DNA from: a virus
Lineage: Duplodnaviria; Heunggongvirae; Uroviricota; Caudoviricetes
Reading direction: 5' to 3' (one strand)
Virus record (IMG/VR): IMGVR_UViG_3300015214_000024
Coordinates: 361,787-425,786 of that record
Length of the DNA stretch: 64,000 nt
Shown: positions 58,142-64,000 of the stretch, one piece after another
Layout of the letters: each line of letters opens with the position of its first letter
Position numbering within the stretch: the first letter of the stretch is position 1
Notes under the pieces: generated by a model
What the model saw: the letters and a program-made list of their open reading frames with translations, nothing else
What the model was told of the DNA's origin: nothing
Database searches by the model: none
Position numbers and translations under genes: made by a program

Positions 58142-58951
58142 TTATTGTTGGCGTGGTGGGATAGTAAATTCGTACTGTGCAATACCAGTTTCAATGGTAA
58201 TTTTTAACATACCACGATCACTAAATCCAATGCTTAGTGTAGCATTTGATGCCAATTTAAGCAATTTATTAACCTGATTAATGTCCCAGGACCAAGTATT
58301 TTTTAATACACCTTGAACGTCTTGGTGGAATTCGATAGTTGATTCGTTTCCAACTTCACCCAAGTTAATGAACAAACTGTCATTACCATTTGATCCTTCT
58401 TGAATCTTGACTTAGAACACATCACCATTTGATACAGATACCATCTTGTCCAAATATTCAATCGCAGCCGCAGTTGGCGTGAATTCCACTGCATAATCAA
58501 CTGCTTTTGGTGAAAACTGTTGTGGGATCAAATTACGAGCAATAACTCGGAAATTGTTTTCCATCTTAAATGGCTTAGCTTTACTGAATACAAATTTCTC
58601 AATTGCATCTTCTTCAGTTTCTTCAAACTCAGGAGTTCCAGCAGAATCCAAAATTGGATTACCATCAGCATCTTTCTTTTCAATACGTACCTTACGTGCT
58701 TTACGAGCAACAGTCACAACGTCTGCTGGATCTTGATACAAGTTCAATATTGACGCAAGACGGTCCAAATTACCAATGCCGCTTACACCATCAAAGCTTT
58801 CATCTTCTGCCAACACGTTGCCCTTAAGGATAATGGTTCGACCATCATCAACGCCTTGGAAAGTAACCTTACCTTCCTCACCAGTAATCTTTACGGTACC
58901 GATGTCAGCAGCCCTAACAATCTTTACCAAATCTCTTAAAATATCACGCAT
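58142..58951 (-). CDS. gp45: Sliding clamp (gp45-like) interrupted by in-frame TAA at 58412-58414
   Basis: Track ORFs 58412..58951 and 58142..58375 share one frame: NGDVF*VKIQEGSNGNDSLFINLGE; 269 codons; GIGNL..L..IL and FSD.GML.IT.ETG...YEF.IP; follows DNA polymerase. Confidence 0.65.
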
Positions 58952-59015
58952 TAATTTTCTCCATTAATTCTTATCTATTATTAACACACTTAGACCAATT
59001 AAATCAATATTATTA

Positions 59016-61715
59016 TCAGTCAAACGAAAATAAATCTTCAAACGTTTCTTTAGATGCTTTAGTAGCACTAAAGTTATACCCAAGAACACCAAAAATATTG
59101 GATAACTTCTTGTCCAAGAGAGCCTCTTCCATTGCTTTATGGTCAAACGGAAGATCTTGGAACCAGTCAGGAAGATGAGTTTGATCCACAGGATATGCAA
59201 TACTCGTTAATCCTAATGGGTTGTCCATTAGTTTACAAACCATAACTTTCATACCATCAGTGATTTCATTACTATAATGATCGTCAAACCGCTTCTTCAT
59301 ATTATTCCAATTCATCGCAGCTCGAACGTGGCCAGGCATATTAACTTTGCCAGTTTGTTCTTCTCTTGCCACATATCCAGTAATACCATTTGCACCTTTT
59401 GGTGATCCCTTCTTCCAACCTGGCCATTCTCTAAATTCCATTCGGAAATTGTCAACGAATTCATAAATTTCTTCATCATCCGTACCATCCAGGACCTTCA
59501 TCAAAACCTCAGTTAAGAAATTTTGAATGACCTTTGGGGTATCTGATCTCTTGATTTCAATACCAAGTGCCTTCAACTTACCAGGCTTACCATCAATATC
59601 AACACGCTTACCGTCAATATCATAGCATAGAGCTGCATATCTCTTCTTCTTAAGATACATACCACGTTCAGCCAAAATTTCCCGGCCAGCAGCAATAATT
59701 GCTCCTCTTTCTAAGCTGGTATTAAACCTGAACCTCATAAATTCTGGGAAACTTTCGTTCACCAAATCTGCAATATTGTCATAAAGCTCAGCAACAGTTT
59801 CCTTATTCCATTCATAATGATCTTTAAGCACAGGATATGCGCTAAAATAACAAGAGTCAGTATCACCATAAACAATTGCCGGACCGTTGTGGTTATAATC
59901 ACCAGCAATATATTCATTAATTTTACTCATCATATGGCGAGTAATATTACGCCCAGTCAACGTTGTACTTTGACCCATTCTCTGATCATAATATCGGCAA
60001 TATTGATTCAAAAGAGCACCATATAGTGAATTTAGAAGAATCTTCTTAATCAACTGACGCTTGTCATAGAATGCAATCTTTTCCTGGATTTCAGCTAACT
60101 CTTCCTTTGAAGCTTTACGATCGCGAGCCTTATCCATCTCTTTGATCCATTTCTTCATTTCAGCTTGAAGTTGCTTACGCTCAGCATACCATCGAGCTAA
60201 TAGCCCCGGTATGATACCATCACTATCAGTTCTAAACAATGTACCGTTAGCTGATATACACATTCCTGAATCAGGAGCAAATATTGTTTCATACCATTCA
60301 CGGGCAGACTGTGTTATCGTTTGACCGTTTTCCAATTCAACTGTCAAAATTGTTGTAGTGCATTCCATCACTTCTTCAAATTCAATCACATTGAATAATT
60401 CACCCCAAGCATCAGACAATGTCGCATTTTTATTTGATGCAATATAATTCCTAATGAACTGTTCAGTAAGGGGAAGTTGGAATTGACCAATAATGGTTTC
60501 AGGACTGATATTTAGGGCTCGAATCGCTGACGGATACAGTGAGTTAATATCAACTGACCCAATCCATTGGTGCATACCTACTCTTGGATCTGCAACATAA
60601 GCACCAGCAACTGATTCACCAGATTCGCCTTCTTTTCGGCCCTTCTTTCTTGGAGCGACCAAGCCCTTACTATGAACTTCAATATTAATTGCTTGCTCAA
60701 TAAGCGCCACAGAACCTGACGTTTTTGTGATCAAAACAGTGTTTTCGTGAGCCAATTGATTTGAAAGATCAATATATTGGTTCTTGGCGTCAATTTTTAC
60801 AATAAGCATAACGTCCTGTCTGTTATATTCAACAAACGTTTTGAAATCTTTTTTGTAAAGTTGATCTAACGAACCTTCATAAGCCGTTTTACGTTCTTTA
60901 ACCTCAACTTCGCCCACGTTATCCAAGGAATAACTGTGAAGCTCATTATAGGTGTATTTTTTATACAGATCCAAATAATCTAAATGTATTCGACCGACTA
61001 ATTCATATGTTAGTTGAGTCTTACCATACATTTCAAATCGACGTTCGCTTGGATATTGGTTCCAAAGACAAAAACGTTTAGTTTTTTCTTTCTTAGAAAC
61101 AAATTCAATTCGCTTAATAATGTATGGAATATCGAATGTAGTTGAGTTCCACCCAGTTAAAACGTCAGCATCTTCAATCGCAGTAAAAAAGTGATCAAAA
61201 AGTTCATCTTCTGTTTTACAAAGAATAGTATCCTCAAATTGATCAGTGATCTTTTTTGCTTCCATAAAAGTCAATGTCGGTGGACCAATGACGTATGTTA
61301 ATAGTTTACCAGTCCAATTCTGGTAAACAGTTATTGCAGTAATTTTGCCGTGAGGATCTTCTGGTGAACTAAAACCACGCTTTGGATCAAAGTCCACCTC
61401 AATATCGAGGAATCCAATGTTTAGATTTGGTGCTTCACAACCTAAGTAATTTTCTTCTAAATGTCGTGTAATCGCGTCATAGTCATCTTCAAATAAGTTA
61501 TATTCAGATACTGATTGGCGCTCTTTTTGGAATTCTTTATAATTATTTGATTCGTATTTGATTAATTTATCACCATACATTGAATCAAAAGAACCCTTTT
61601 TACTCTTTGCGTAAAAGCGATATAATGCTGGTGTTTTTTTGAAAATTCGTTGACCATTAATTCTTTCAACGACGTGTAGGGTATCTGCGATTTTAATCGC
61701 ATCGACATAAGTCAT
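59016..61715 (-). CDS. gp43: Family B DNA polymerase (gp43-like)
   Basis: Exo DIE, GWNS..FDIPY, YN.QD; Pol DINSLYPS, K..LNSLYG, YGDTDS, KKRY. Confidence 0.97.
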   Translation of the reverse strand: MTYVDAIKIADTLHVVERINGQRIFKKTPALYRFYAKSKKGSFDSMYGDKLIKYESNNYKEFQKERQSVSEYNLFEDDYDAITRHLEENYLGCEAPNLNIGFLDIEVDFDPKRGFSSPEDPHGKITAITVYQNWTGKLLTYVIGPPTLTFMEAKKITDQFEDTILCKTEDELFDHFFTAIEDADVLTGWNSTTFDIPYIIKRIEFVSKKEKTKRFCLWNQYPSERRFEMYGKTQLTYELVGRIHLDYLDLYKKYTYNELHSYSLDNVGEVEVKERKTAYEGSLDQLYKKDFKTFVEYNRQDVMLIVKIDAKNQYIDLSNQLAHENTVLITKTSGSVALIEQAINIEVHSKGLVAPRKKGRKEGESGESVAGAYVADPRVGMHQWIGSVDINSLYPSAIRALNISPETIIGQFQLPLTEQFIRNYIASNKNATLSDAWGELFNVIEFEEVMECTTTILTVELENGQTITQSAREWYETIFAPDSGMCISANGTLFRTDSDGIIPGLLARWYAERKQLQAEMKKWIKEMDKARDRKASKEELAEIQEKIAFYDKRQLIKKILLNSLYGALLNQYCRYYDQRMGQSTTLTGRNITRHMMSKINEYIAGDYNHNGPAIVYGDTDSCYFSAYPVLKDHYEWNKETVAELYDNIADLVNESFPEFMRFRFNTSLERGAIIAAGREILAERGMYLKKKRYAALCYDIDGKRVDIDGKPGKLKALGIEIKRSDTPKVIQNFLTEVLMKVLDGTDDEEIYEFVDNFRMEFREWPGWKKGSPKGANGITGYVAREEQTGKVNMPGHVRAAMNWNNMKKRFDDHYSNEITDGMKVMVCKLMDNPLGLTSIAYPVDQTHLPDWFQDLPFDHKAMEEALLDKKLSNIFGVLGYNFSATKASKETFEDLFSFD

Positions 61716-61820
61716 ATTATTATTATCTCCACTTTTGCCTGGATATTAGGCTTTCTTTGTCACGGTTATTTTAAGCGCATAACCAACGCAATGTATTTAC
61801 ATTAGTTTCTTGTAGACATT

Positions 61821-61841
61821 TAATGGGGAATTACCCCATTA
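61821..61841 (-). terminator. Hairpin at the end of the dsbA-like gene
   Basis: TAATGGGG-5nt-CCCCATTA overlapping the stop codon. Confidence 0.5.
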
Positions 61842-62117
61842 AATAATGCCAGCAGCGTGAAGCAATTGATCAACAGTTGATTGCTTCTCTTCACGAGCCT
61901 GAATAGCATCTTCTTTTTGTTGCTTATAACCAAGCTTGATGGCTTCATTGATTTCGGCTGGTTTAACTTGAAGTTCTTCAGCCAAATTCTTCACAGCATC
62001 CTTCAAGGAACCCTTTAAGGTTTCAATTTCTTCCAAAGTGTCAATGCCGGCGTTAATGATACTCTTGACCTTAGTCTTTTGAGTGTCAGAAATATTTAGA
62101 GTCATTATTATCTCCAT
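61839..62117 (-). CDS. T4 DsbA/GapR-like small dsDNA-binding protein
   Basis: Helical ~90 aa, LKDAVK.LAEELQVKP..IN.AIKL.YK pattern; start may be 62105. Confidence 0.6.
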   Translation of the reverse strand: MEIIMTLNISDTQKTKVKSIINAGIDTLEEIETLKGSLKDAVKNLAEELQVKPAEINEAIKLGYKQQKEDAIQAREEKQSTVDQLLHAAGII

Positions 62118-62145
62118 TTATGTTATAGACAAAATATACAGTATT

Positions 62146-62313
62146 TTATTCAAAAATGTCAAAATCTATTCTTGTGTTTCCTAATTTTTTAGTCAGATTT
62201 TCAAACATCGCTATAGTGTCTCTTGCCAAATTCAAGAGCTCGATTTCTTTTCGAATTTTATCAAACGTTGCATCAAGGTGATCCAAATCTACGTGATAAA
62301 ATTTTGAAAGCAT
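62146..62313 (-). CDS. 55-aa hypothetical protein absent from the ORF track
   Basis: ATG overlaps ligase stop (TAATG); MLSKFYHVDL...RIDFDIFE. Confidence 0.5.
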   Translation of the reverse strand: MLSKFYHVDLDHLDATFDKIRKEIELLNLARDTIAMFENLTKKLGNTRIDFDIFE

Positions 62314-63671
62314 TAGATTTTACCCTGCCCTAAAGAACGGAATCGTTTAAATCGAGGAAAACGGAGTGACCAAGTATCACCATCCTTATTCTTAGTAATC
62401 ATATCAAATTCAATTTCAACAATCTCACCAATAAGCTCGCCACGCCGATCCCAAAAATCCTTCAGCATCTCATCAGTAAAACCAGTACCAACGTTTGATT
62501 TGATAGGCTTACCATCAAATTCGCCCGAAACTACCAAGTTGCCCATAACGCCGTCACGTTTCTTACCTTCTTTACCAGGTTCAATGTCGATAATTTGAAG
62601 ATCGGCTGATTCACTTGGCTTCCATTTTAGCCAAGACTGTGACCGCTTACATTCATAAACAGCATCAACGTCCTTGACCATAATTCCTTCATAACCAAGA
62701 GCAACCATTTCATTATAAAATTCAGTCATTTTCTCAACACCTTCATCAGTGTCAAGATCCACATATAATTTGCTGACTACTGAAAGTGCTCCGTTACTAA
62801 TTTGAGTGAAAGTTGGTTCAAGATCAGCTAATATTTCGTGCCGATCTCTAAGTCCCATAATAGACTTGCCGTTAAAAAATTCTCCCATAGGAACAATATC
62901 AAACATAGCATAATACGCAGCGCTTGTATCTACGTCATATTTTCTATTAGCTTGGGTCATCAATTCCTGAAAAGTTGCAGAAACCATTTCCCCATCAATC
63001 ATAAGTGATAGTGGTGATTGTGATAGAAATTCTTTTAGATATTTTTCAATATGAGGAAAATTTTCATTCCTGATACCATTACGAGTATAAAGTTCAACAG
63101 TATCGTTATCCTTATCCAAAATGGCGGTAATACGAATCCCATCAAGTTTTGGATCAATTGCCTTCTTGCCCTTCATCTTCTTTGGATGCTTTTTAGAGTC
63201 ATCAGCTAATTGAACTGACCAAACAGGAATTAGATACTTTAAACAATCACCACCGACTTCAATTAGCACTTTATTTACGGTAGTTTCAGTGACCCCGCAA
63301 CGCATATCTTTAGCCAAGATATTACGATAAAATGAGTTCCAATCAACAATACAAGACTTTTCAGCAGCTTCCATAACTGCATCTCTAGCAGCGTTTCCAG
63401 TCAATTCTCGACTAGCTAATTTTTCAGCCAATTGGCAGAAATCGATCCAAGAAAACTTGCCGTCCTCTTGAAGTTCTTGATCAGTAAATCCAGCTTCATC
63501 AATCAAAGGGAGTTTTTTAATACCAAAAACTCGACGTGAATCATATGCTAACTTAAAAGCTTCAAACAGTTCAAAGCATCCTTCAACAGCCGCTTTGCGT
63601 AGAATGACTTTCTTTTCATTACTACCTGAGGTTTGTTTTAATTTTTGAATATATTTTGTTGCTCGAAGCAT
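62313..63671 (-). CDS. gp30: ATP-dependent DNA ligase
   Basis: KLDGIR, IDGEM, FDIV, EGIMVK, Y..KRS..WLKWK, VGTGF, SLRFPRF. Confidence 0.95.
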   Translation of the reverse strand: MLRATKYIQKLKQTSGSNEKKVILRKAAVEGCFELFEAFKLAYDSRRVFGIKKLPLIDEAGFTDQELQEDGKFSWIDFCQLAEKLASRELTGNAARDAVMEAAEKSCIVDWNSFYRNILAKDMRCGVTETTVNKVLIEVGGDCLKYLIPVWSVQLADDSKKHPKKMKGKKAIDPKLDGIRITAILDKDNDTVELYTRNGIRNENFPHIEKYLKEFLSQSPLSLMIDGEMVSATFQELMTQANRKYDVDTSAAYYAMFDIVPMGEFFNGKSIMGLRDRHEILADLEPTFTQISNGALSVVSKLYVDLDTDEGVEKMTEFYNEMVALGYEGIMVKDVDAVYECKRSQSWLKWKPSESADLQIIDIEPGKEGKKRDGVMGNLVVSGEFDGKPIKSNVGTGFTDEMLKDFWDRRGELIGEIVEIEFDMITKNKDGDTWSLRFPRFKRFRSLGQGKI

Positions 63672-63883
63672 TATACTTTTCTTCCCATTACGGCTAAATC
63701 ATTTTTGATAGTATCATCAGACATATATTGATATCCGCCCTTATTATAAGCAACTGTCACACGCTTAGCTTTTCTCCGGGCTTCCTGAATTGCTTCTTTT
63801 CGACCACATTCCAAACAAGTATCGTATCCAAGAGCTAATCTCTTGTCCGAATACTCATCATCACACTCAATACAAAATGCCAT
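63671..63883 (-). CDS. Small C4 zinc-finger protein (TraR/DksA-like spacing)
   Basis: CIEC-x16-CLEC with KRL.LG; promoter TTGACT-17-TATTCT at 63905-63933. Confidence 0.65.
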   Translation of the reverse strand: MAFCIECDDEYSDKRLALGYDTCLECGRKEAIQEARRKAKRVTVAYNKGGYQYMSDDTIKNDLAVMGRKV

Positions 63884-64000
63884 ATTCCTACCTTTCTTAG
63901 GCTCAGAATAACACCATTGCGATTTTTAGTCAATGAAATTTATTTTTTAGTGATTTTAAATCCGTTATCTTGGAGTACCTTAATCAGGTCTTTAATAACT

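Noticed and set aside
58370-58417. T4 gene 60-style translational bypass (TTC-TAA ... in-frame TTC 45 nt later)
   Set aside because: The skipped segment reads as an ordinary strand-turn-strand (VKIQE...SLFINLG) and no strong take-off hairpin is visible; a point change explains it more simply
58303-58500. 65-aa ORF as a frameshifted part of the clamp
   Set aside because: The two clamp halves are already in one frame; this ORF is an alternative-frame shadow
1146-60026. Many 60-180 aa ORFs antisense to or nested in long genes (e.g. 7636..8166, 46846..47196, 58964..59200)
   Set aside because: They overlap well-supported genes and lack recognisable motifs; treated as shadow ORFs
59016-61715. Intein or intron in DNA polymerase
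   Set aside because: 899 aa with normally spaced motifs and no intein-type junctions
1-64000. Genome-wide stop-codon reassignment
   Set aside because: TAA, TGA and TAG all end recognisable genes at expected lengths and coding density is high under the standard code
1-64000. tRNA genes and CRISPR arrays
   Set aside because: Intergenic gaps are short and AT-rich with no cloverleaf or repeat-spacer pattern seen; a tRNAscan run would be needed to be sure

Overview
A 64-kb, AT-rich, gene-dense segment of a large T4-like (jumbo-type) myovirus genome, mostly on the minus strand. Blocks: (i) 1-15 kb: UvsX, gp32 SSB, probable head proteins, terminase large subunit plus an apparently dead ATPase-only paralog, small terminase candidate, gp4-like head completion nuclease, HNH, tail tube proteins. 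(ii) 15-36 kb: a virion-appendage module with a scaffold-like protein carrying nine short beta-strand-like repeats, six tandem ConA/LamG-like paralogs, two paralogous structural proteins and a subtilisin fused to nine Ig-like repeats. (iii) 36-50 kb: accessory genes (SpoU methyltransferase, ClpS, dCMP deaminase, ribosomal protein bS21, HNHs, phosphatase, RNase H) and a plus-strand tail-fibre island. (iv) 50-64 kb: a 7-deazaguanine DNA-modification cluster (DpdA-like transglycosylase, QueD-like, glycosyltransferase, FolE, phosphoribosyltransferase, QueE) directly behind DNA polymerase and a sliding clamp interrupted by one in-frame TAA, then DsbA-like protein and DNA ligase. Best candidates for new biology: a possibly glycosylated deazaguanine modification whose transglycosylase ends in the same clamp-binding-like motif as the polymerase; a repeat scaffold that may display the lectin paralogs; and a pseudo-ATPase terminase copy. 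No tRNA, rRNA or CRISPR array was seen. All family calls come from motif recognition by eye, not database searches.
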